A program made the translations under genes and the position numbers. A stretch of 64,000 nt of DNA from Paragordius varius (Eukaryota > Animalia > Nematomorpha): assembly GCA_964247055.1 (NCBI GenBank), contig OZ176050.1, positions 13,516,001 to 13,580,000 on the forward strand, given 5' to 3'. Of this stretch, positions 25,083 through 38,800 are shown piece after piece. The notes beneath the pieces are model-generated. The model did not search any database. It had not been told where the DNA came from and worked only from the letters and a program-made list of their open reading frames with translations. How positions within the stretch are numbered: position 1 is the stretch's first letter; each line of letters opens with the position of its first letter.

Positions 25083-25904
25083 AATTGTTTACATAAATAT
25101 AAAATGAACGAATATTCGAAATTGTCAGGCGTTAAAAAATTTTTATCATCAAATTATAAAGAAAAAGTGGTTATATTTAGCCTGTTTATACCGTTTCCAT
25201 AATCCCTGAAAATAATATGAACTACGATTCGATAAGATGATTAATTTTTGGACAGAAGTATGTTTTTTACAAATGTTTTTATATGATTACAAAATTTATC
25301 ATGTATTTAAGATTTTTTTTGCAAAATCATGGCTTTTGCGTTTCTCTTAAGGGAATAAGCTCATTTTATAAGAAATAAAAAATTTGGGAATTTCGGAACC
25401 CCCCTCTAAAAATTATTTATAAAAACATTGTTCTGCTTCTTATATGTAGATATGATATATTTTAGTGATTTTCGGGAGGAAGCATCAAAAAGAATTAAAA
25501 AAAATTGCGTAAATCCATTTTTATTTAGCTCTTACCAGCTAATTAAACAACTTTATATCACTATTAAGGGCCAAAACCAAAAGCACCATGATAATCAGAT
25601 AGATATACCTATCAAAATACACATATTATATTAGGATATTTGTAAACAGTGTGCATGTTTTCCACAAAAAAAAATTGAAATGTGCAATAATTTTGCGATT
25701 TTTTGATATTAAGTTGCGAAATAAGGAAAAATATTTTTAAATGACTTCCAGGGCACATCATAAGTATTTTAATACATTTGATCATCACAAAGTATATTTT
25801 TCAATACAATACCTAACTTTGGAAAAAATGGGTATTTACTCAAATACATTTTTCTATTTTACAGTTGTTATGGTGGCATTCTACATGCCGTATGTTTTTT
25901 TGGC

Positions 25905-28900
25905 ATGAAAATTTTAAAAAATCCAAAGTTCTGGACCATCAATGATGTCTCTGCATGGTTAGAAAACGAAAATCTCGGTAACCATGTGAAACTATTTAAG
26001 TTTCACAAAATTAATGGAACTATTTTGTTGAAATTAACTGAGGAAGATTTTAGAAGAGAGCCCATGTTACTTAATTGTTTAGGCGATATTAAAAGAATAG
26101 TTATGAAAATTCGGAAATTAAAATGTTATGGCCTAAATCAGCGTTTAACAATGACGCGAATAAATATATACAAGTCAAGACTCCCTCTAAAACACACGGC
26201 AAAAGCAAAAACTGATATGGATCAATCAAAAGAACTTTTTTCAAACTTCTCAAACATCAATGAACAGGCAAAGGATTTTGTCTCAAAATCATCATATAAT
26301 TCGCTTAGTATACCACTTGTGAAACATGGTTTAAAAACTACCAGCCTAAGATCAGGACACACATCTACCAATAATAAAAATAATAATCTATGCACCAATC
26401 ATTCACACAATTCATATGCAAACGGATATTCAAATCATAATAACAATATCTATAATAAAAATAATCGTAAACGTAGTGTTTCATCCACAAATACTCATGA
26501 TTCCAATAATTTGGGTGAAGAGGATGCCCTTATAATTAAGCTTCTTTTAGCGTTTGCATATTCCCTCTTTTCTTTCCTTGTGACATCTGTTATAATGGTC
26601 ATTGTACATGACAGAGTCCCCGACATAAATAAGTATCCACCTCTTCCTGACATATTTTTGGATAATATTCCACTTATCCCGGGTGCTTTTTTGTTTTGTG
26701 AACAAATTGGTATTCTGTTGGGTCTTACACTTATCGTGGCTTGTATATTTCATAAACATAGGTAATTGGAATTAACTGTTGTTGTAATGATTTAATGGAT
26801 TTGAAATTTAGTTGGATTTGGTTGTATTTAGTGATTGGATTTCGGAACCAGAACTTTTTGTCAAATATTTTGGAGTTTTTAAATAAAGTAAGATAGAATA
26901 CTTGCAATATAAAGGTAAATTTTTGTGACATTTACCTTTTATATTTTTAGAATGTTAGAAATTTATAACTGTTTAAGTATATTAAAACCAAGGCAAATTT
27001 TGAAAGCTTATCAACTGTAATTTTCAATCCATAATCTTTTAAAAATATGTTGTAAAATAAAAACAAGGCTCTCCCACTAAAATGCATTTACATTTTTGTA
27101 AAAGGGACTGTTTAAGGCAACCGGCTCGGTTCAAAATGGGGTTAAAGGATTACTTAAATATTTTTCACCATATAATTTGATAGTATATTACATTTAAGAG
27201 TTTTTGGACAAAATAGTTTACAAAATATTTTGCAATTCAAATTTAGATTTTTAGCATTTTTTCACCGATATAATAATTAGGCTTTTAAAATATGCAACTA
27301 AATTTATTGATCGAATAAAAAATAAGGGGGGTTGGAACCGTTTTTTCTACATGTGTTACCGAAACTAAAAACGGTTTTGGTTAAAATTTAGTTTTTTTTA
27401 TTAATAAATATATATCTTTATATTTTATTTGCCTGTTTTTTTAGATTTATCATATTGCGACGATTCTTTGCACTGACTGGTACGGTGTTTATGTTGAGGT
27501 GCGTTACCATGGTGATCACATCCCTATCTGTTCCAGGTGCCCATTTAAACTGCCATGTAAGCAGCCTTTTTCATCATAAATTATTATCAAAACAGTTAAC
27601 TATATCTGGACAGTCCACTTTTTAAATTTATTTCCAGTTTTAATTTTACACAATTTTCTTGAATCTGGTTTTAATATACCATATCTGCTATTGTCCTATA
27701 TATGATTGCAATAGTTATAATAAGTATTTACAGTTTTAATCAACTTATTGTAACACTTACTTATCATTTTTTTAATTAAATACAAAAAATTGCTTACGAT
27801 TAGTAAAATGAAATAGGAAATCCAATAAAAATAATTATATATGCACAAATAGTTTGCTATCAAATATCCATTAACAATATTCTTATATTACAATCTCAAC
27901 TATTCCTATTCCTCGTTTTTAAGAAAAATTATAAGAAATGCGAAAATTACTTATACTTATTTGGTATTTTATATTTTTTACTTTATTTCATATAGCATGA
28001 TATGATTGAAACAGCTACCGCGGTCAACAAAATCAAACGGGCCTTCAAAATTTGGTCGGGTTTTGGGATGTCCTTGGTTGGAATTCACACTTGTGGCGAT
28101 TATATGTTTAGCGGCCACACTGTTATCCTTACAATGCTCAACTTTTTCATAACTGAATGTTAGTCGCGATTCGCGATATTTTTTTGAAACTTGTGTTATT
28201 ATAGAAAATTATTTGGAAATAATTTCCAAATGGTATTAGAATTAAAGATTTTTTACGCATTTTGAAAGTTATTAAAAAAAATATAAATGGTTAACTTTAT
28301 ATAGTCTTATTTTATGTGTAAATTCAATGGTTAAGCAAGTTATTCCATAGTTTTACAGTTGTAAAAACATCTATATATATACATATATATATATATATAT
28401 AGATATACCATTTACAGTTCAAAATCACCCTTAAACAACTCAAATTCGCCCTTGACAATTCAAATTCACCCTAAAATGAATTATGTGTTTTTAAAAATAA
28501 AAATTACCTATATTTTTTTATATTTTGGAAAAAAGAAATTACGTTTAAAATTAATATAATACTAAAAAATAAACTATGCCATAAGGTTATATTTCTTATT
28601 AATAATGAGTTATATTAGGCCGAACACATAATTTATTGTTCGAGGGTGAATTGAATTGTTCAAGGGTCACCTAATTGAAAAATATATAAGTTTTCTGGGT
28701 TATTATTTACAATTATTTCATTGAAAAAATTTAAAAGGTAATAATTTCGTTAAATTGGAGAAAAAAAATAGTTTTTAAAACAAAACGGTTTTTTGAAAAA
28801 ATTTTTTATTTTTAAATGAAAAAATATATATAATAAATAAAGAAAATTAGGTGTTAAAAAATAATAAAATAAAAAAAAATACATGCAAAAATTATGGTTA

Positions 28901-29196
28901 AATCAAAATTTGAAATTTTTAAGGACCAGCTTGAAATGTTCAAAAACCCACTTGAATTGTTCACGGACTAACTTAAAGTTTTCAAGGTTGAATATAAAGT
29001 GTTCAAGGACCAACTTGAATTTTTCAAGGACCAACTTGAAGTGTTAAAGGACACTCTTGAAGTGCAAATGGTATATTTTAAAAACTAGGTTATCAAAAAA
29101 TAAAAATTTTTGCGGCAAATGAATACGCTGGTCATAAGCTATCTCATTAAAAAAAATTTTTTTTGTCAAAAAAATTGACCCTCTTTTTTGCACACA

Positions 29197-29234
<38 letters not shown>

Positions 29235-30257
29235 CTTCTTTAATAATTATATATATGGGTGATGAAAATTAAAACATTGTTTTATTTTGCTTTTATTTTC
29301 TAGATACTCCTAGATCATTTTATTTGTTGCACACTTTTTCTTGGGTCCTCAATCTTTTTGGCATTTTTTTCATCCTTGCTGCTCATGAACATTATTCTAT
29401 AGACGTTTTTATCGCTTTCTATATTACGACTCGGTATTGGCTTTTTTAACATTAATATTAGTATAATTTTTTTAAAACTTTTTAAGCCTATTTAAAAATC
29501 ATTTATTAAACAGTTTGCACAAATGTTAAAATACCATACGTTCGATACTAAGAAAATATGATTTTTTCGCTTTTTTTCTGCGTAAGGAAAGAGAAATTTT
29601 TATTAAATTTAATGAAAATTTATTATAGTTAAAAAACTAATTATATATAAAATACCATGGTGTCCTTATTATATACCATGTTATTTCAACGTATTATATC
29701 AAAAAGTACCGTAAATTTCATTAAAAAACGGTGGCTTTTATTTAATAAATTGTTTTAAAAGTAAAAAAGCTCATTTTGGGATAATCATATCTTTAAATTT
29801 CTTTATATTTTTACATTTATTTGTCCGTATAATTTCAATTTTTACTGTATTTTCCATACATACATACATATTAACACGGTTCTTTTTACACGCTTTATCT
29901 TTTATAAATAATTTTTCATTGTACAGACTTTTCCTTTATTACCATTCTCTGGCAAACAATCGAGCCCTGAGACAATTAGATGGGGAACGTGTACGATCTT
30001 GGTTTCCCATGTTTTCCTATTTTGAATCCAAAGTTGAAGGCATAATTCCCAATGAATATGAATTGCCTTTCGTGGATTGGGCTTACGCCCTTTGGTCCAT
30101 GCTTAATAATGATTCAATCCTCGTGAATAATGTTAAACACCATTTGTATGCAAAAACAACTAGTTTGCCATATCAACCAATATTGACTGCCTCCACATCA
30201 ACATATATGAGGGGGGAACCTCATTATTCTAAGTATCTATCTCAGGATTGGATTTAG
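25905..30257 (+). CDS. SAMD8: Sphingomyelin synthase-related protein 1 (SMSr, ceramide phosphoethanolamine synthase), about 530 aa
   Basis: Exons 25905-26761, 27445-27556, 27996-28158, 29304-29433 and 29927-30257, all phase-consistent. N-terminal SAM domain ([10 protein letters not shown]...[15 protein letters not shown]), [47 protein letters not shown]. Confidence 0.97.
28408..29071. mobile_element. Composite element: family A left part joined to family B right arm
   Basis: Starts TA|CCATTTACAGTTCAAAATCACCC (A), switches at about 28670 to the B core and B 21-mers, and ends GTGCAAATGG|TA. Confidence 0.7.
29198..29233. repeat. (TA)n microsatellite (others at about 28372-28400, 33166-33190, 49188-49227, 55243-55266, 56185-56211, 59572-59621, 60155-60176, 61768-61794)
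   Basis: Direct reading of TA runs. Confidence 0.95.
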
Positions 30258-32723
30258 ATTAATTTAGATTAAATAAGTTAAATTTGTATGGATGAGGATT
30301 GGAATTGTATGCTTTTTATAAGCTTTTTATATACTTTTTTTGGAATAAATTATCATTTCTAGGCTAAATAAAGCAATCTCGTTAATAAATATATATGTAA
30401 TATTTTTGAAAATATACCCATATAATTCTAAGTTATCTTTTGCTAAAACAATGTTATCAATATCCTATTTCCATTAATACCTGAGATAATCTATTTTCAA
30501 TCTTTTAAAGTTAGTAATACATTAAAGAGCAATTTTATTGGATAGTATGACATTTAAATGGTCAATAACGATAAAATCGAATATTTTTGAACAAAAGTAT
30601 GATTTTTGATCTATAAAACTAATTTTTAAAACGCATATATTATAAATAATAAGACGTTTACTAAATTAGATTACAGTATATTACATACATAAAAACGGAA
30701 TAAAATTTAGCAATTTACAGTAAAATTTTAATTATACGGACAAAATATAGAAATATAAAGACATATTTTTTCTAAAAGACAACCATACTTTTCAAATCTT
30801 AATTTATTTAAATATAATTCATTATTTTATACTTTAAAGTATAAAATAGAGATGTATATTTGGAACATAATCAATTTCATATTTTACGATTATTAAATTA
30901 AATTAAGGATTGAAAAAGTATGGTTGAATTTAGAAAAAAAAATTTGTCTTTTTTTACGATTTGTCAGCATAATTTTAATTTTTAAAATATTAAAATAATT
31001 TAATATATACTTTTTATTTTTAGCTTACATACACTTCCTATCAACAATCATGCAATGAAGTTTAAAATGAAAAAACAAAATGCAATTTTCCAGCATTCCA
31101 AACATCATTATGAATAATTGGAATTTTTTTTATTTTTACTGTAATTTATATTTTTTAAATACAGCATATCTTTATCTACTCTAAAAAATGTATATATACA
31201 GATTGTAATCATTTTAATTTTCAAAAACGCAGTTTTTATTTTAATTAACAAGAAAGACTAAGTAACTTTGAAATAGGTCCTATTGCAAAATAATTGCATT
31301 TTATTTAACATTTTTAATTTATTACAAAACATCTCCAATTATACGAACAATTATTATCTACAACACATTACTTAATTGAAAGAAATGCCTATTTTAAATT
31401 GTAAATATCATACAATTACTCCTGAATAAATAAAAATTATATAATTATTGCAATTATAATTCAGCTAAAATCATATAAATTTATTGAGGTGAATTTTCGA
31501 TTACTACTAGTAATCTTTGTCAAACGTAATAAAATTAAATATAATTAAAATTTAAAGTTATATCCAAAAATTATATATTTAATGATATTAAACTCATTTT
31601 CTATTATTATAAAAATAATTATCTTAAAACCATTGAAGCTGCTATTCAACATTGATGTAGGCTCCAAGATTTATACATTAATAATGTTTATAATTATAAT
31701 GCAGAGCAAAGTTTGAAAATGTGTAAATTAAAAAAATAATCAAAAGTAATTTAAAATATTTTTATAATTTTTTTTGGCTTTATTTAGATTGAGCATTCGA
31801 AGCAATAGTCAATGTCATTTTTCGAAGCGAAAGGAAAGAAACAGAACTGATTATATATAAATTAAAATATAAAGAATCCACGGATATTTAAAATCATAAA
31901 GAAATATGCCTTAAGTTGGTATAGAAGAAAACTATTATTTATATTAAAATCCTTAGAAAAATTATTTCCCGATATCAATTTTCTTTAATGTATTACCGTT
32001 ATAATAGATAAAAAACAGTTAATACCTTTATCATATCAAAATTAATATAAAATAACGGTATAAAACAAAATTTTAATGCAAAATATATCATGCAACAATT
32101 GTTAGAACCATTCAATTTATGGACATATATATTTCTATTTGTGATAAAAATAACGGATATGAGTATAAATGACACCCTTTGAAAGCGGTTACACCAGTTA
32201 GTATTATTTGTCGGTTTATAAATTCAACCTAAGTCATAACTATATTTAGGAAAAGGGTGCACATTTATATTGTTTGATTCCCAGCTATTTATTGTATCCA
32301 AAAAGTATAGCGTATGTTATATCAAAATATTTTTAACATGCCTTTTAACCGGACTAAGATTTTATCACAAATCAGGTCCGTGTTGCACATCTTCAAAACC
32401 TCCCCCACGGTTTTATTTTCATATTCTTAGGCACCAGGTTAATTCCAAGTTTTAACTCTCCAGGAATCACTCCGGTTGAAGCTTTACTTTTTTCGACTTT
32501 TTCGAATCCCCGATTTTGATATGTAATACATTTAAACTCAGCGTTTGGTAAAATCATTATGCCCGGCTGAGGAGAATATTTTAACCCGTCACCATAATAT
32601 ACTAAAATTTTTATTTATTCTTACAATGATAACTAAAATATGCAAAAATGAGTTGCATCACAATTGATTAAGGAATAAATCTCGAGGGTTTGAAAAATTA
32701 TATGTATAATATAGGTTGGGATA

Positions 32724-33029
32724 TTATCCACCATGTAGGGTTGAAATGAATAAAATTGTATCATTTTCTTGGAGTTTATAGGACTCTTCACCAATCAACT
32801 CCCAATCCATACCATTTACTAGTATTATAATCCCTGGTCTTATAGTGTCACCCTTAACAAAAAGTTCGGGGCGTTCATCTAAATAATAATCTTTCAAATG
32901 AATTATAAAATCTCCCAATGTCCAATCTTTTGTGGTATCCGTTAATGAGGGAGGTAATTTAATCGTTCGTTTTTTAAAACCTTTAAATAGTAAATCAACA
33001 CCGCCGGCAAACTCGACATTAACTTGCAT
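32724..33029 (-). CDS. URM1: Ubiquitin-related modifier 1, 101 aa, intronless CDS
   Basis: MQVNVEFAGGVDLLF...ERPELFVKGDTIRPGIIILVNGMDWELIGEESYKLQENDTILFISTLHGG*. First ATG at 33029; C-terminal GG intact. Confidence 0.97.
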   Translation of the reverse strand: MQVNVEFAGGVDLLFKGFKKRTIKLPPSLTDTTKDWTLGDFIIHLKDYYLDERPELFVKGDTIRPGIIILVNGMDWELIGEESYKLQENDTILFISTLHGG

Positions 33030-33390
33030 CGTTGTTTTAATCAGATTTTGCAAATGGATCTGACCAAGTTTTCATTTCTATTGTGAGTTAAATTAATTTA
33101 ATTTACTTGTTGTAGGATCAAATTTTTTTAAATAACTATGTTGATCTTGTATATTTTCTGTAAATATATATATATATATATATATATATAAGTAAAACAT
33201 TTTGGTGAAAAGTAATTTAAATAAACATACTATATATGTTAATATTTTGTTTTGGCCGAAAATATAAAAAATAAAAGGTCACTCCGATAATGCAACCAAA
33301 TATAGCTGCGGGATAATAATTATTTTGACGGATTTTGATACTCATACATTGTGTTTTTATTCAAAAATAAACACAAAAGAGTTTTACCAC
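33030..33390. promoter_or_regulatory. Putative bidirectional promoter between URM1 (-) and MRPS24 (+)
   Basis: The start codons are 361 bp apart and divergent; the interval contains a (TA)n tract. Inferred from geometry only. Confidence 0.6.
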
Positions 33391-35462
33391 ATGTTAACAA
33401 AATTTAAATTTATTGATCCATTTTTAAAATACACTCGTAATTTCCATTGTTCTGGAACCAAATTTAAATCAAGAGCGGGTAGATACCGCCCAACACCACA
33501 CAAAACTCTTCCTTTAACCTATGAAAACTCTCAGCAGTGCTACATGATAGGAGTCTCTAAAACATGGAACTCAATTAATACAAGTATATAATAAATTTAG
33601 ACATTTATATGGTTTATTTAATAGAAATGATTTATTAAAAAACTTAAATTTGTATTTATTATATCTTTTACGTTTCAAATAATGTTTAATTAGACGTTTA
33701 GTTAGAGTCGCAATCTTTTTTTTGCAACTCCCTAAAATGCAAAGCTTATTTATTGGTTTTATTTTTTCTATCGCATTTATTTAAGAAAATTGTAGGCATA
33801 CGCAGCATTTTTATTTGATATCGAAGTTTGCAAATCTTTATTTTATTATAACAAATGTAATAATAGGTTTTTTAGATATATTTAGAATTTTTATTTTTAA
33901 CGCTTTCTTTAATTTTGTGTCTTGATAGAAAGTACCCTTCTAATACTCAAGTTTTATTGGTCTGATGAATTGTTTTCGCAGTATAATACTGTTTTTTAAA
34001 AAAAGTTGCGATTTTATAACAGTTGTGTTTAAATAATGTCTCTTTAATCCAATATGATCTATTTTAACTAAATAACATTATATTTTTTTGTTGTAATTCA
34101 TTTTGATGATACATTGCTAATCCTTTACATTTTTTAATTAATAATATAACATTTACAATTCAAATTCACCCTAAAAATATATTAATTATGTGTTTTCGAA
34201 ATAATATAACTTATCATTAAGAAACATATTTTTACGACATAATTTATTATTTTTTCAGCATTATATTAATTTTAAACAGAATTTCATATTTTAAAAATGT
34301 TAAAAAATAAAAGTAATTAGAAAATGTGTTAAACAGTTAGGCTTTTGTCGTTATTAGGTGGTGCCCGGCCCTTGAAACAAAGAATATATTTTATTCGCTC
34401 AACATTTTTTGGTAAACATTGATTATATTATATGAAGGGATTCATAGTGTGTAAATTTTAAAGTAAAAATTTGAATTTAACGGACAAAACAACGTAAAAA
34501 TATAAAGACAAATTATTTTTACGGAAAGACAACTCATTTTGAAACCTTAATATATCCTATTAAAATCATTTAAATACAATCGCGTAAAATACACAATTAA
34601 TTGTGTCACCTATTTCAACTCTCTTTTATACCTTTCATTTTAAAACAATCAATTTTATTTGGAAAATAATGATTTAAAAAGTATGGTTATCTTTTAGGAA
34701 AAAATATTCATCTATTTTTACGTTTTGTCCGTCCGTATAATTTCAATTTTTACTGTATGTAAAATAATAAAATTTGCGTCCATAGATTGAAAAATTTATT
34801 ATTTTACCTCACTTATTCTACGCCTTACATTTTATTTTGTCTTCAAATTATTTTAAATTTAACAATCCTTATGTATACCATTTACAATTCAAATTCACCC
34901 TTAAACGATTCCAATTCACCCTAAAAATAAATGATGTGTTTACGGGCTAATATAACTAATTTTTGATATAAAATATATCTTTATGGCTTAGTTTTTTATT
35001 ATTTAAGTATTATATCAATTTTAACAAAATTTTGTTTTTTTGAAATTTAATAATATAGCTAATTTTTATTCTTAAAAACACATAATTTATTTTAGGTTAA
35101 ATCTCAATCGTTCAAGGGTGAATTTATAGTGTAAATGTTATATCTTAAAACAAACTAAAACAGGCACATTGAATGACGCAAATTGTCCTGATATTGCTGG
35201 TGACACAACTATTCAGGATACATTCATCCGAAAATTTATGGGTGGCACTTGGCCCGGCCTATTCGTTTCGGACATTGTAATAAAACGCCGTTATAACGCA
35301 ATAACTATTGTCGGAATTATTCAAAGAACTATTCACCCGCGAAAACTTTATTTCCTCCTAGGGTATACTGAAGAACTCTTGTCCGTTTTCTTGAAGTGTC
35401 CGGTTAAATTGGAACTCCAATCTGTTGATACGGTCAAAGATACCATATTCAAATATGTTTGA
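33391..35462 (+). CDS. MRPS24: Mitochondrial small-subunit ribosomal protein uS3m (MRPS24), about 163 aa
   Basis: Exons 33391-33583 and 35164-35462, phase 1: KSRAGRYR...PLTYE...KTWNSINT|S...DTFIRKFMGGTWPG...IKRR...KLYFLLGYTEELLSVFLKCPVKLELQSV...FKYV*. Confidence 0.95.
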
Positions 35463-35879
35463 AGAGAAATTATACGGACAAAACCTAAAAATATAAAAAC
35501 AAATATATTTTTTTTTAAAAGACAACCCCATACTTTTTCAAACTTCATTTTTAAAAAGATAATAACTCATTGTTTTAAATTGTATGGTATAAAATTGATA
35601 TGTATATTGGTTACACAATCAATTATATATTTTACAATTGTGCTTTATAAAAGTATGGTTATCTTTTGGAAGAAAAAAATATTTGTTTTTATATTTTTAC
35701 TTTTTGTCCGTATAATTAAGCTTTTATTACTATACTTTGATTTTTTGCTTTACAATATATTTTATGTTATATGATGATAGAAATTTATTTTATATATGTA
35801 AATGTGATGAATGTCAGAGAATTGCATATTTCGGTACCATTCTATGTCGTAAATTTTTTTCGTTTGCGTCTTATTAATT

Positions 35880-38800
35880 TTAGTACTTTTTGTAATCCGT
35901 CATCCTAAAAAACATGTAAAAACAAATAATGAAATAAAGTTTGACAAGTTTAAAAACAATTATTCGAATAAAATTATAAAAAAACGTAAGATTTTTAAAA
36001 CATATATATTAAATAAAGACAACCATATTATATGAAGCTTGATGGTTTTTGTTACAAATTAAATTAGAAATATAAATTATAAATAGGTTGTATAATAATA
36101 TTTTATTATTTAAATTTACTTAGGGTTATTAAAATGAAAGATTAAAACAAGTGTATCAAAAAATAATATCTTTAATTTTTATTTTTTGCCTTTATAATTT
36201 TAAATTCACCCTTAAACAATTCAGACCCTCGAACGATTCAAATTCACTATTGAACAATTCAAATTCACCCTAAATAAATTGTGTTTTTCAAATTAAAAAT
36301 TATCTATTTTTTTATATTTTTTAAAAAAAAGAAATTACGTTTAAAATTAATATAATATTCAAAAAATAAAACAAACTATGCTATAAGAATATATTTCTTG
36401 TTAATAATGAATTGCATTATCCCGAAAACACATAATTTATTTTTGGCGTGAATTTGAATTGTTCAAGGGTAAATTTGCATTGTTCAAGGGTAAATTTAAT
36501 TTGTTCAAGGGTGAATTTGAATTGTTCAAGGGTAAATTTGAATTGTTCAAGGGTAAATTTGAATTGTTCAAGGGTAAATTTGAATAGTTCGAGCGTGAAT
36601 TTAAATTGTAAGCGGTATTTAATCAATTTTGACCGTTTCTTTTAAAAATTTGCATAGGAATTTTAGTTTTATCTTAAAAAATTGATATTCTCCCTACTTC
36701 AAAATATGTAATCCACTTTGTTTCGTTCCACACGCAAAATAAGCCGAGTTAGGGGACCAATCTGAGGCAGTTATATCTCCGAAAATGCGTTTTTGTAACA
36801 TACCTTGAGACCGTTGCTTATTGTGATGTGCATCGATAGGAAAATTTGTAATCACAGACAATGTTGATAAATTTATCTAATTTAACGTATATAAAGAGAA
36901 TAAAAATTACATATGAATAATTAATTTTTTATAATATATATAAATAATATAGCATTTACACTTTAAATTCACTCTTGAACAATCCAAACTCACCCTAATA
37001 TAAATTATTCCCTATTTAAGATTAAATATTACCTGTATTTTTTTTTATAATTTTAAAAAATTGAAATTTTGTTTGTAATTGAAATAATACTGAAAAAATA
37101 ATAAACTTAGCCACAAAGATTTATTTTATAGAATAATGAGTTATATTAGCCCGAAAACATAATTTATTTTTAAGGTGAATTAATTGTTCGAGAGTGAATT
37201 TGAATTGTAAATGGTATACTTAAATTAAAAAATATATTATTAACTAATATCCATTTACATGTACGTAGTGAATAAGGCATAGAAAATAAATAGAAATTTT
37301 TATTTATAAAACTCGAATTTTCGTGAACAGAAGTAATTTATTAATTAAACTTAAAATAAATGTAAAAAACAGAATAAATTTAAATAAAATAAGTGACTTA
37401 ATAAATAATATGTAAATTGATATAATGGACGAATAGAAAAGTATCACAAAAAAACATTTATCACCAACTTTTGACTTGATATCGATAGGTGCAAATAAGC
37501 ACACTCAAAGATTAACATACATTTTGATTATTTTATATATTTTGTATTTAGAATTACGCATTGTTCAAATTTAATTTTTAGACAATAATAGTAATTACGT
37601 AGCTTTATCTAAATGTAGTCTCTTAAATTATAATGAATAATTAAGCAGTATAACAGAATTATGAGCAAAAAAAACTAAAAAATTTATATTTTAAAAGATT
37701 CATATATGCATTTAACTATACAAAATATAAAAAATTTCGTAAAATCAAATTCAAAGTAATTGATATAAAAAACTAATTTTATCACACCATCATACCATTT
37801 TAATTGTGTCACACTTGTATGAGGATGACATTGTAAGGTATTGACCTGTCCGATTTGGACATAAATTATCAATGGGAACACTAATATTTTTCCAAGATTT
37901 CACGAAAGCTGGTTGAAGAGCACACGCAGGACTGGAGATATCATAACAATTGACAACTCCGCTGTTACTTCTATAAATAAATCGTAAATTTTCTAAAAAC
38001 TACATAAACATTATTATTAAAACTATCTACAAATTGATAATTTACACCCCAGTGGTATTCAAAACGGACAGCCCTTAAAGTGCTTTTTAGGACGACTTTA
38101 ATTTTTTTATAACCCTTTTTATGTGTACCTATTTGTTGCGAATGTGTGAAACAGCACTATAGCTTTGATACATATTTTAAGACGTCACTATTAAAATTGA
38201 TGCAATTATACTTTCCTTATCTAACATTTACACCTCAAATTCACCCTTTACACTTTTTAATATATGTAAAAAATAAATGTATAAAAAAACTATCCCACAA
38301 AAAAATATTTCACATTAATAATTCATTAATTTAGCCTTTTAGGTAAAAATTGAAATTACACGGACAAAACGTAAAAATATAAAAAAAAGTCTAAAAGACA
38401 ACCATTTTTAAATCTTAATCTTTTAAATATAAATCATTGTTCAAAACCGCAAAATATAATGTAGAGGTGTAAATTGCTAACACAATCAATTTTGTGTTTT
38501 ACAATTGTAATTAACAGTTTTTATAGGATAAATTAAAGAGTTTAAAAAGTAAGTATAGTTGATTTTTAAAAAAATGTCTTTATAATTTTACGTTTTGTCC
38601 GTATAATTTCAATTTTAACTGTAATTTACTTTTAGGATAAATGTTCAAAAACGAATTTGAGACGTAATAAGTGGTATGTATATTATTTGAATAAATTTTA
38701 TTTATAATCCTTTTATATCAAATAAAAAATACCCAGTAAAAAGATAAGGTCCATTTTGTTGGCCTTGCGTAGTGTTTAAGGGTGTGACAGCTAAACACGT

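Noticed and set aside
33030-33053. TTG-initiated N-terminal extension of URM1 in the ORF track
   Set aside because: ATG at 33029 gives the canonical length; there is no reason to invoke a TTG start in a eukaryote.
36417-36645. ORFs with heptad repeats (FKFTLEQ / NLNCSRV)n; also 17080-17341, 39086-39268, 50991-51221 (3' part), 55149-55394
   Set aside because: They are translations of the 21-bp subterminal arrays of MITE families A and B, not genes.
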